Part shown: piece by piece, positions 52,307 to 63,084 of the stretch
Position numbering within the stretch: position 1 is the first letter of the stretch
Layout of the letters: each line of letters opens with the position of its first letter
NCBI GenBank assembly: GCA_965219415.1
Contig: CBDCNP010000002.1
Coordinates: 896,001-960,000 of the forward strand
Source: Candidatus Marinacidobacterales bacterium
GTDB lineage: Bacteria; Acidobacteriota; Vicinamibacteria; Marinacidobacterales; DATDRI01
DNA length: 64,000 nt
Direction: 5' to 3'
Made by a program: the position numbers and the translations under genes
Notes under the pieces: generated by a model
The model's input: only the letters and a program-made list of their open reading frames with translations
Told to the model about the DNA's origin: nothing
Databases searched by the model: none

Positions 52307-54749
52307 GGCTTCCTCCCGGAGAAAACATCCTGCCTACCGGCCCGCGCTCGAGTTGAAGCGAGTCGACTAGGCGCCACCAAGTCAAGGACCCCGGCGCCCT
52401 CGCCCTCTGCGGGCGGAGGCGACGGCTTGTCGATGTAGGCGCGTGCCTGTTCCAGAAGCTGATCCCGTTCTTCCTTGGTCTTCATATCTTCGAACCACCC
52501 GATGGCTCGCTGGAGAGCGACCAAATCGAGTAGGAACGCGTACTGCGCACCCGCGCGCGGTCCGCTCGGTTGTGAAGCGATCGTTCTGGGCGTCCAGGAG
52601 GTCGGTGACGTTGACCAGCCCCTCGGTGTAACGATCTTGAACGATCTCGAAGTTCCGCCGCGCTGACTCCGCGGCCGCGTTCAGATAACCGATACTGGGG
52701 AAGGAGCCCTCGATAGCCCGCACCGAACTGCGCACGCGACGTTCGATGACCTGACGGGCGTCGATGATCTCCTTTTCCAGACGCGCAACCTCGGAAACGT
52801 TGAGCTTTTCATCCTCGGCCCGCGCTCCGCCTTCGAAAATGGGATAGGCAGCCTGGACGTCCCACATCCAGTTGGCTCGCTCCAAGTCAGGCAAATCTGG
52901 AGTGCGAGCGATGTCGTAGCCCCACTGGAAGCCGGTGTCGAAAACGGGCAGCCACCATCGTCGACCACGCTGGTCGCGCTGCAGCTGCCGAGCTTCGAGA
53001 GATTTCTGCAAAAGTGAGAGCTCCGGCGTGTTCTCGAACGCAAAGCCAACCAAGAACCCACGAAACCTGTCCATTTTTTGCGGATCCGACAGGTAGCGCT
53101 GAGACCGCCGCCAAGGAAAGGAAAAACCTTCGAATCGACATCGATCTCCTCGGGCCGCCAACGCAAGAACTGATCGAGTCCCAAGATCTGGTTGAGCGCG
53201 ATTCGTTCCTCCTCGATGTTAGCCCGACTGATAAAGAGGATGCTCTGGCGCGAGTTGAGCTCCGATTCCCATCGATACACTTCGTCGAGCCCGGCATAGC
53301 CTGCGTCCAGTCGCACCTTTGACAGCTCGAGGTTGTCCCGGGTGAGCCGAAGGTTGTCGGCGTCCACGCGAAATAGAATCTCCGAGAGCACCAAATTCAA
53401 GAACGCGCCGCCGGCATCCGCAAGGACATCCAATCGCGATCGACGTCGAACCCTTCTTGACTTCCTTCGTATAGGCGTCCCTCGGACTTGTAGTCAGTGA
53501 CGCGAGCGTCGTCGTAAATCATCTGGCGCACGCTAAGACCACCGTTGAACACTTTGTCCGCTATCAAACCTTCGAGTCCGCGAGTGTTGCGACCGAACGC
53601 CTGCGGGAGAAGCGGGCTCTTGGCGAGCTTCCACGAGTGATAAGAAGTCTGCACCCGCTTGCTCGGAAACTCGGAGGAACGCATTCCCTTCCTCCGCTTG
53701 GATGAGTGTTTCTGGGAAGCTCAAGTGCCTTTCGTCCTTCCGCATCACGTCCTCGTACAGAAAACGAGCCGTGACGAGCGCCTCGTAGGTCGGCACGTAG
53801 TTGAGTGCCATGGCCGTTCTTCCATTGACCAGGAGCTGGGGATCAGCATCCAGCATGACCGGGAGGGCGTCGGTCGAGCCGCCACGAATGAGCTCGTTCA
53901 AGTTGAGTGCTGCGCGCCGGGCTACGAGCTGCGAAATGTCGGGTGTTCTTCCGGCGAGCGCTCCCGCTTCGACATCCACGTGGCCGACGAGGCCGTAAGT
54001 CGGCACGCCGCGGGCGGTCAACGCCTCGAAGAGCTTGGCGCGATCGGAAGCGGCCCACTGTTGTGTTCGGCCGACGAATGCGGCGACGATATCAGCCGGT
54101 AGGCTAGCCACCGATTCAGAAACGCTGTCCCCGAAGCGGAACCAACTCGATTCGAATCCCGATTACTTGCTCGAAAGCTTGGAGCTCCGCGGTGACCGCC
54201 TCGTTCGCACTGATATAGGATTCGGCCACGAGCAAATGAGCGATCTCGGGAAACGGGAAGAGACTGCGTAGTGACCCGAGATCGGTCTCTAGCAGTTGCG
54301 GTATCGCCATGAAGGCCAGGTTCTCGGTTTGCGAGCGATCGTTCGCCTGTTCGTGGATGGCACCAAAATCGGGACGCTGGACGAACGTCGCGACAACGGG
54401 CTTCGACAGGAGGACCTCGGCGGCTGCGATGCTGACACCGGCTCCGAGTGCCAGGACGAAGTCGACGTTCGGGTTGTCGAGTGCGGCGCGAAGCGCCTTC
54501 TCGGGCCCCCGCGGGATCCCACCGCCCGTCGAGCTCTGGCGTCCTAACGAAATCGAGCTCTGTGTCGGGAGCGGCCACGTGCCGCAGTTCGCTTTCGACT
54601 CGCGTCGAAAAGTCCTCGGGCATGAGCCCGTCTCGAACGACGGCGATGGTAACTTTTCTGCCGCCACCCGGATCCGTCGGCCGCAACTGGGCAACTGATA
54701 AGCCAGCCGCGATCAGAAAGGTCGCGGTTGACGTTGCGATCATGCGCAT
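52303..54749 (-). CDS. TolC-family outer membrane protein with N-terminal ABC substrate-binding-like domain (five or more frameshifts; possibly a pseudogene)
   Basis: N-terminal frames: signal peptide, VPTYGLVGHVDVEAGALA, LLVNGRTA; C-terminal frames: DNLRLTRDNLELS..R...G, YPIFEGG, VQDRYTEG.V.VTDLLDAQ; ATGA overlap with the adaptor gene. Confidence 0.75.
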
Positions 54750-54834
54750 GATGTCTCCTTGAATCAGCCGTGGAAGAATGCTCGTTCTCGAGGTACGCCC
54801 CTCAAAGTGGCGGAGGATGTTACCACGGTCGCGG

Positions 54835-54916
54835 CGCGAAGTATTCCCAATTGGATGTTGAAGGCGGTGCCGTCGGGGTACACATCGACGAGCTTGCCGG
54901 TGAAATCCGTGTCCTT
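54835..54916 (-). pseudogene. 82-bp diverged copy of an internal part of the CocE/NonD gene (59448-59529)
   Basis: Encodes KDTDFTGKLVDVYPDGTAFNIQLGILR versus ...GTAYNIQLGILR; differences almost all synonymous. Confidence 0.85.
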
Positions 54917-54984
54917 CCCGTTGCAGAAGTCGTCAGCGGAGCCCTTCGGCAAGATACAGGTCGGAGTACGTTCGAATAAAAGTG

Positions 54985-56334
54985 GGGTTTACGCGGATTC
55001 GTGTGGGTAAGTTCTGACGGAAAAACAGTGTAACTCATTGTGTGGAAAAGGTATCGAGTACTTCATCAGGTGCTGAAAAGTGGTCCATTTTTAGGATAGG
55101 CTAACCGAGTGAAAAATTCCCAGTCGATCCGCTCGCTGTTTGCGCTGCCAGGTTTCGTGGTTGGTGCCGGATTGAAGGGTCTATTCGGTAACCGATACGC
55201 CCGTGTCATCCAGCTCAAGAGGCGAAAAAAACAGCTGTGTGCTCTTACTGTGGGCAACGGTGCCGGGGGCGCTATGACAAGCAAGTGTGCCGGGTCCGCG
55301 ACCTGTCGTTGGCAGGCTGGCGGATCTATCTGGAATACGAGCGTTGGCGCGTCAACTGTTCTGGGTGCGGCGGTGTGCATGTAGAACACCTAGACTGGCT
55401 GGCGAACAACTCGCGCTACACCCAGCGTTTTGCGACGCATGTGGGCAAGCTGTGCCGGGATATGCCGAACAAGGCGGTGGCCGAGATGGAACGTCTGCAC
55501 CACGGTACGGTGAAGGCTCTGGATACGCTCTACATGCAAGAGCAGGTCGACCGGGCGGGGCTACCGGCGCCTCGGGCCATCGGTGTCGATGAGATCTCCA
55601 TCCGCAAGGGACATAACTATCGCGTCATTGTCAGCGACCTGGAGCGGGCGCGTCCCATCTGGGTGGGCGGTGAGGGTCGCAAAGAAACCGACATCGACTT
55701 GTTCTTCAAGGCGCTGGGCGGAAAGAAAAGCGCCCGTATCAAGCTGGCCGCCATGGATATGTGGAAGCCCTTCCGGAACTCGGTGATTCACAACGCGCCT
55801 AATGCGCGGATCATCTTCGACAAGTTTCATATCATGCGTCATCTGTCAAAGGCCCTCGATGAGGTCCGGCGCGGTGAGTACAAACGCCTCAGCGGCAAGG
55901 ACCGGTCGTACATCAAGGGGCAGCGTTACACTTTGCTTTCCCGGCGGGAGAACCTGAGCCTAGACGGTCGCCGCGCACTCAAAAAGTTGCTCCAGGCCAA
56001 CCGGCGCCTGAACACCGCCTATATTTTGAAGGAGGCCTTCGGGCAACTCTGGGATTACCGCACCGAACGCGGCGCTCGCGCCTTTTTCACCCGTTGGAAA
56101 GACAGCCTCAAATGGCAACGCCTGCATCCGTACCAGAAGTTCGCCGGTATGATTGAGTCCCATTGGGATGGTATCGCCTCCTACTGTCATCCGGAGAACA
56201 AAGTCAGTCTCGGCCTAGTTGAAGGGGTCAACAACAAAATCCGTGTTCTGCAACGACGCGCCTACGGCTATCGCGACGAGGAATATCTCAAGCTGAAGAT
56301 CGTGGCGGCTTTCCTTCCGCCATTACCCAGAAAT
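54985..56334 (+). mobile_element. ISL3-family insertion sequence (left IR and transposase; right end displaced)
   Basis: IRL GGGTTTACGCGGATTCGTGTGGGT at 54985-55008, preceded by 8-bp TAAAAGTG (54977-54984). Confidence 0.9.
55109..56334 (+). CDS. ISL3 family transposase (frame change at A7 run 55225-55231; last ~9 codons displaced)
   Basis: CxxC...CxxC zinc finger, IGVDE, AMDMWKPF, DKFHI, EGVNNKI..L.RRAYGYR. Confidence 0.92.
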
Positions 56335-58924
56335 AGCACTTGCCGTCGTCCGAAATCTGAACGGCGTATATTTGCTCCAATCCAGCGGGATCCGAGGGCG
56401 CGATCGTTTTCCAAAGCTCTCGGCGCCCCGTCTCGATCTCGATGCGGTGGACTGTTAGGGATCGGCCGACGTTCTCCCGGACGTACAAAAACCGCCCGTC
56501 GGGCGTGAAACGAATCACCGTCATCGAAGCGGGCACGTCATCGAAGGCGCGCGGCTCTCCTCCGTCGAGAGGATAGAGCGCGATTACCCCGTCTTTGGCC
56601 GCGGCAAGCATCGAGCCAACCGGAGACACCGGCCTCGTGCCGAGACTGGCACTGGCTTGGCCCGCTTGCACTTCGCCGGTGATCGGCTGCGGCTCGCCGC
56701 TCGGTACCGTCTGGCGAAACCAGCGCAGCGGCGCGCCTTCTTCGCTGCCGGCGAACACGACTTCGTTCTCGTCGGAGACGAAAGACGCCGTGTAGAACTC
56801 GACGATGGTCGTGTTCTCGACCACGATCGGTGTGCCGGGACCCGTCGGAAGAAGCACCAGGGAGCCCGGTTCCCCGCGACGCAATGTCAGAGCCCACTCG
56901 CCATCGGGTGACAAGTCGAACGCTTGACCCTCGCCCAAGTGAACCGCTGGGGATCCGTCGACGTTTCGTAGATAGACGGAATAGCCCTCACCGCCTCCGT
57001 CCCCGAACTCGGTCAGCAGAAGCGTCCTGCCGTCGCCGCTTATGCCATCGACCTCGGTGCTGTCGAGCCAGGAGAATTCACGCTCCACGGTCTCGTCCGG
57101 GGCGACGCCCATAACGCCGACCCGCAAATTCGTGCGAGCCACGAGGGCGCGGCCGTCGCGTGCGACATCGAGAATTCGTATACACTTTTAGGGTCTACGC
57201 GGATTCGTGTGGGTTGAAAACTGCATTTCTGAACGATATCGCCGAGCGGGCAAGCAGCCTCACCTCGCCCGTAAGGGACATCGCATGCAAATCCGGGTCC
57301 CCGCCCTGATAGGTATCGAACCAAACCTCGCCGCCGTGGGGGGACCACACCAGATCGAAAAAGTCTCCCCGGAAGCCGGTGTCGAAACGCCTGGTCTCGC
57401 CGTCGAGCTCGAGGAAGACGACGGACCAGTTCGTGGCGAAGCCTTGAGCTTTCTCCCCGAACGCGAGCACGTTCCCCTGGGGCGAGACTCGAAGCGAATC
57501 GACGGCGTTCGTCGTCTCGTACAGCACCGTACCGATGGGAAGCTCGACCTGGCGGTGGCCGTTGATGAGCCGAACGACGGCCAACGGCTCACCATCCGCA
57601 GTCCAGTCGGCGAGCAGCACGTCCTCCGAGATTTCTCTTGCAGCGCTACCCGAGGCCGTCGACAGAGCGAGTGTCCCGCTCTCCTTTAGTATTCTCCCAA
57701 TTCAGTACTGCTGCTTTCCGCAGCAAGGCCATCTCGCCATTTGGCGACACACTCAGCACCTCGGCGCCCGAAAAGCCGAGCGCGCGTGACGCCCGGGTCC
57801 CAGGTAGTGTCGCGTAGATCTCAGGAACTTGTCCGCCCCAGGACGCGGTATAGATCACGTCGCGCCCGCCCGGGTCGAACTGGGCGGCGTAGACGGTCCC
57901 CCGGCGGAACGTGAGTCGTTCGTAGCTAAGGAGCGGCGCGCCGCCCGGAGCGCCGGAGCCTCTAAGCAACCAATACGCTGCGACCATGAGGAGCAGTCCG
58001 AGTGCCGCGGCGACGATGGTTCGACCTTGCGGTTTGCGAATGGCGCGCTCTACCGGGGCCGTCCCCGACTCCCGCGAGATGGACTCGATGGCAAAAGCCA
58101 GATCGTATGCCGATTGGAAACGCTCCCCGGGCTTTTTTTCCAGGCAACGATGCACGATCCGCTCGAGCGCCGGCGGCGGCACGCCGTCGAGGCCACTCAG
58201 CTCCGGCGGTTCTTCTTTGAGAATGGCCGTCATGGCCTCGGCGCTCGTGTCGCGTTGGAACGCTCTCTGGCCGGCGAGCATCTCGTAGAGGATCGAGCCG
58301 AAGGAAAAGATATCCGAGCGGTGCCCGACGCGCTCACCGCGGACTTGCTCGGGCGACATGTAGCCCACGGTGCCGAGAACCACGCCGGGATCGGTTACCG
58401 CCGCGCGGGTCGGCGCCGAGAAGTCCGAATCCTTGGTCGCCGTCTCCAGCCTTTGTGTTTTCGCGAGCCCGAAATCGAGAATCTTGACACGCCCGTCGTG
58501 CGTGACGAAGAGGTTCTCGGGCTTTAGATCACGGTGGGTGATGCCCTTCTCGTGAGCCGCCGCCAGCCCGCGGGCGACTTGCGCCCCGTACTCGATCGCC
58601 TTGCGCGTCGAAAGCGCCTCGCCCCCGAGCCGCTCGCGCAGTGTTTCGCCCTCCAGAAGCTCCGTCACGGCATAGGCGTGTCCGGCCTCGCTGTGAAAAT
58701 CGTAGATGGCGAGAATGTTCGGGTGCGATAGCGCCGCTACGGCTCTCGCTTCACGCTCGAAGCGCGCGAGCCGGTTCTCGTCCTGAGCGAAGAACTCCGG
58801 AAGAACCTTGACCGCGACGTCCCGTCCGAGCTTCGGGTCCCGGGCTCGATAGACCTCACCCATGCCACCCGAGCTCGGACAGGATCTCGTAGTTGCCAAG
58901 CTTGGTTCCAGGTGTGAGCGGCAT
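56335..58924 (-). pseudogene. Ser/Thr protein kinase with TM and C-terminal beta-propeller, interrupted and 3'-truncated
   Basis: MPLTPGTKLGNYEI, GGMGEVY, VAVK, HRDLKPEN, DFGLAK, YMSPEQ; S/TPDG repeats; frameshifts near 58866 and 57690, IS-end insert at ~57180-57231, C-terminus runs into the IS. Confidence 0.88.
57183..57231 (-). mobile_element. Displaced, inverted ISL3 right end with target-site copy
   Basis: Minus strand CAGAAATGCAGTTTTCAACCCACACGAATCCGCGTAGACCC-TAAAAGTG: continues the transposase (RN-AVFNPHESA*), IR 23/24 identical to IRL, same 8-bp flank. Confidence 0.85.
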
Positions 58925-59139
58925 GGTTCAGTGGCAATGATATTTGGTGCGCCCGCGGAACTCAAGAAAGGCCATGAACCTCGCGGAGCCACGGCGCTTC
59001 TGCGCCGAGGTGATGCCGTGACGAGCTTTTTCTTGAAGTGGGCGGCAGGGAAAAGCCTCGCCGAGAAGAGGCAAGTGTTACTTTTAGTTACTCCGTCCGG
59101 ACCGAGTGGTCGTCATGTTACCCTAGGAGTCATGTCGAT

Positions 59140-61071
59140 CTAGTCGTCCTGACTTGGTGGACTTGGCTGACTGGTCCGACTCGGGATCACTGGTAGCACG
59201 AGGTGAGAGGGATATTCCGCTGAATGATGGATGGTGTTCTTAGCGATGACCCATTCCGTCTCATCGAAATTGTTTCCGCCAGTGTTCAGATTCCTTTCAA
59301 ACAGCGGGAAATCGCTGCTGGACACCTGCAGCCGGATTTTGTGTCCCGGCGCGAAGTAGTTGCTGGTGGCATCCATATCGATTTGGATCTTATAGACCCC
59401 CTCTTCTTCCATCCACACCTTCTTAGTAAAGCCTTCCCGGTACCGGACGCGAAGTATTCCCAATTGGATGTTGTAAGCGGTGCCGTCCGGGTAGACGTCC
59501 ACGAGCTTTCCCGTGAAATCCGTATCCTTGGCCGACGACGATACGTAAAAGACGGCGGTGATTGGACCAGTGAGCTCGATGCCTTCCTCGAGGGCCGGCG
59601 TCGTGTACACCAGCACATCGTTTCGAACATCGACTTTCCCTTGATCGATCGCCCCCGCAGGCGTTCCGTACGACGTGCCGCGCGGCCCCCCCACTGTCGG
59701 GACCGGATGCCGCGGGTTGTAAACGAACGCGTCGGACGGCTCCGCGCCCGGCGTCTCCGTTGAAAGTACTCCGTCGCCGTAGCGGCTGTTCGCACTACCC
59801 TCGCTGTGCAGGTAGTACTTCGTGTATCGAGTCTCCGGCAACGGCCAAGAATCCGCTGACTGCCACGTGTTGCTCCCCATCGTGTAGTACTGCACCTTCG
59901 GCATATCGGTGACGCCGTTGTCTTTTCCCTTGAGCCAATAATCGAACCAATCCAAATAGATCGAGTAGTAGTCGCGCCTCGCATCGCCGACATCGCGATC
60001 GCCGACTTTCGTGTGCTCCGTGGCGCGTTCGTAACTGCAGTGCGTCGTGGGCGGGACGATCAAAAATTGATTATCGGCGGCGGTCTTGGAGACCGCGTTC
60101 TCTCTGAAGTAGTTGAACTCGAAAATCGTCTCCTCGACACTCGGGTCGTACCACGAGCTCATATGTAGCGCCGGCACATCGATTTTCTCCGTGCCGTCGT
60201 AGTATCCCATCGTGTCGTGCCACCACGGGTCATTGAAGTCACGTGTAATTAGTTCGAGAAAATCGTTCGGGGGTGCCCCCGCCTTGTTCATGATGTCGAC
60301 GAGCGGCAACGTCCAAATGAGTTTCTCCCAATCAGGCTCGGGCGCCTCTCTCATGTTGGGGTCGAAGAACTTGCGGATCTCGAGAATCTCGTCATCCGAC
60401 AGACCCTGGGGTGGCTTGAGCGAATACTTGTTCCCACTGCTGAAATACCACGGCAGGCTGGCAGCAAAGTCGAAGACGCCGCCCTTGAACCCGGACCAAT
60501 ACCGGTACCGGCCGTTCGCCGCCCCGATCATGGGGCCGTTTCTGGGGATCATGGTCGTGAGATTGGGGTGCCTTAAGGGCGCAGTGGCGGCCTGAATTTC
60601 GGCTGGATACGAGCACCCGTGCATGCCGACCTTGCCGCTCGACCACGGCTGCTTGGCGATCCAGTCTACGGTATCGTATCCATCGACGGCCTCGCTTCCA
60701 GCGGGCGGAGAGTAGATACCCTCGGACTCGTATTTCCCGCGGCTATCTTGAACCGTGACGACGAAACCGTGAGACGCAAACATATAGACGTCGTTGTCCT
60801 TCTCGTCTCTATATTCGTTCTTGTCGTACGGGGTTCGAATGAGCACGACCGGCAGCTTGTCATGGTTAGTGGCGGAAATCTCGGGGAAATAGAGATCGGT
60901 GGACAATCGCACGCCGTCTCTCATGGGGACCATGCGGCTCTTTTCCAGTCGCACTTCATTTTGCGGGTCGGGTCTCGGAATCACGCCCGACGACTCCTGT
61001 GGGAACGCTTCGCTCTTTGCGAGGAACGCGAGCAAAACCGCGAATCCCAAGAACAGTCTTTTTCCACGCAT
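59140..61071 (-). CDS. CocE/NonD family hydrolase (S15/PepX-like)
   Basis: VPMRDGVRLSTD, RTPY, QDSRG..ESEG, GCSY nucleophile, WYD, PepX C-terminal domain. Confidence 0.93.
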   Translation of the reverse strand: MRGKRLFLGFAVLLAFLAKSEAFPQESSGVIPRPDPQNEVRLEKSRMVPMRDGVRLSTDLYFPEISATNHDKLPVVLIRTPYDKNEYRDEKDNDVYMFASHGFVVTVQDSRGKYESEGIYSPPAGSEAVDGYDTVDWIAKQPWSSGKVGMHGCSYPAEIQAATAPLRHPNLTTMIPRNGPMIGAANGRYRYWSGFKGGVFDFAASLPWYFSSGNKYSLKPPQGLSDDEILEIRKFFDPNMREAPEPDWEKLIWTLPLVDIMNKAGAPPNDFLELITRDFNDPWWHDTMGYYDGTEKIDVPALHMSSWYDPSVEETIFEFNYFRENAVSKTAADNQFLIVPPTTHCSYERATEHTKVGDRDVGDARRDYYSIYLDWFDYWLKGKDNGVTDMPKVQYYTMGSNTWQSADSWPLPETRYTKYYLHSEGSANSRYGDGVLSTETPGAEPSDAFVYNPRHPVPTVGGPRGTSYGTPAGAIDQGKVDVRNDVLVYTTPALEEGIELTGPITAVFYVSSSAKDTDFTGKLVDVYPDGTAYNIQLGILRVRYREGFTKKVWMEEEGVYKIQIDMDATSNYFAPGHKIRLQVSSSDFPLFERNLNTGGNNFDETEWVIAKNTIHHSAEYPSHLVLPVIPSRTSQPSPPSQDD

Positions 61072-61104
61072 GGTCGACCCCCTTCGTTATCCAGCAACGG
61101 TCTG

Positions 61105-61137
61105 CCCTCACCCAGGCCCTCTCCCAGCGGGAGAGGG
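61105..61137. repeat. REP-like intergenic palindromic element
   Basis: CCCTCACCCAGGCCCTCTCCCAGCGGGAGAGGG, a widespread hairpin motif type. Confidence 0.7.
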
Positions 61138-61309
61138 ACTAAAGGAAGATTAGCGTTTTCGGAGAAGATTTGAACCGATCTCCGACTAAGGTTGCAACCG
61201 CGCATCGGCGCCGTGTCGAGACCTTATAACGCTTGACCTGCCCGTCCGGAACCGCAACGATCGCGCCGGAGCCTGGTGTTGAGGCCATAGATAGAGGTGA
61301 GAATAAGTC

Positions 61310-62763
61310 ATGAACCAAGAGAGAAATATCTCTAGACGAACATTTCTGAAGGCATCGGGAGCCCTCGGTGTTGCCCAGGCCGCTCCGATGAGCGCCGTCA
61401 CCTCGGGCCGTCCGGCGTCACAGGACGGTGTGACCGGCCGGCTCGCCCGATATGTCGTGGCCTCGAATTGGGCCGACTTTCCTGAGCCGGCGCGAAAGGA
61501 AGCGACCCGATCCGTACTGAACTGGGTCGGCTGCGCCGTGGGCGGCTCCCGGGAGGAGGCGGTGGACCGAACCTTGGCGGCGCTTTCAGAGTTCTCCGGC
61601 CCCCGGATCGCTACGGTCATCGGCCGGAAGGAACGACTCGATGTCCTGCACGCCACCCTAGTGAACGGAATCAGCTCGCACGTCTTGGACTTCGACGACA
61701 CCGATCTCGAAACGATCATTCACCCCGCCGGACCGGTGGCCTCGGCGATCTTGGCCCTGGCGGAAAAACAACTGGTGAGCGGTAAACAGTTCCTTCACGC
61801 CTTCACTCTGGGCGTGGGAGGTCGAGTGCCGTATCGGTCGTTCCGTTTACCCATCGCACTACGACCGGGGATACCACATTACCGGAACTGCGGGCGTATT
61901 CGGGGCGGCCGCAGCCACCGGCAAGCTCATCGGGCTGGATGAGCAACAAATGACTTGGGCCCTCGGGATTTCGGCTACTCAGTCGGCTGGGCTTCGGGAA
62001 ATGTTCGGCACCATGTGCAAACCCTTCCACCCCGGACGGGCTGCCCAGAACGGACTCGCTTCGGCCTTGCTGGCCTCCAAGAACTTCACTAGCTCCGAAC
62101 GGGGTCTCGAAGCGCCTCGTGGTTTTGCCCACGTCCTATCCGGAGAACGCGATTTTTCGGCCATTACCCAAGGCCTGGGTGAAAGCTTCGAGATCACGCG
62201 CAACACGTACAAGCCATTCGCCTGTGGCATCGTGATTCATCCGGTCATCGACGCCTGCATCCGGTTGCGCGGCGAGCACCAACTCGTGGCGGACCAGATC
62301 GAGCGGGTGGAGGTCCGTGTTCACCCTTTGGTTTTGGAGCTCACCGGCAAGAAATCGCCCTCTACTGGCCTAGAGGGAAAGTTCAGTGTCTACCACTCGA
62401 GCGCCGTCGCCATCCTTCGCGGCGCCGCTGGGCAAAAGGAATACACCGACGCCACCGTCCAAGATCCAGAGGTCATCGCCTTGCGCGATCGCGTCACGGC
62501 AACGACCGAAAAAAACATCCGCGCGGATGAGGCCTACGTCACGATCATCCTGAAGGACGGACGCAAGCTGACAGAGCATATCGAGCACGGCCATCGGAAG
62601 CCTGGAACGTCCCATGACGGACGCCGACCTGGAGGCCAAGTTCCGTGGTCAGGCCGAGGGAGTCTTGACGTCCAAACAGACGGAGGATCTCATCGCCCTT
62701 TGCTGGTCTGTCGGCACGTTGAAGGAAGCGGCCGAGATCACTCGAGCCTCTGCCACTACCTAG
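61310..62763 (+). CDS. MmgE/PrpD family protein with Tat signal (frameshifts near 61820 and 62590)
   Basis: SRRTFLK; NGISSHVLDFDD, HP, KPFHPG.AA, YKPFACG..IH, GKFS. Confidence 0.9.
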
Positions 62764-63084
62764 ATCATCAACGGCCACTCCTCGTTTTGAAACCCCGCCC
62801 GGGATCAGGGCAGCACTATCGTGCCGACGATGCGTCCCGGTTTCGACGTTAAAGGATCCGTCGGAACTGACAGGCTCTGCCTCTCCTCGGAGTACCGCGT
62901 CACCCGTCGCGTCTGCGAATCTCCCGCGACCTCCGGTGAAGAAATAACCCCTTCTGATCGCCGAATAACTGTCTAATCAATGGAACAAAAAAAGTTCTGG
63001 GGTCAAAGGGGTTCCGAGCGGCCGCGGCAAGCTGCCTTCAGGCGGGGCCCTGATGTACATTTGGCGAAATCTAAGGGTCTCGGT

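Noticed and set aside
56335-56508. C-terminal extension of the 55237..56508 transposase ORF
   Set aside because: It is read-through into the antisense of the kinase fragment; the real tail is at 57195-57231 on the minus strand.
56288-57620. ORFs 56288..57142 and 57195..57620 as independent genes
   Set aside because: They are consecutive pieces of the beta-propeller of the kinase starting at 58924.
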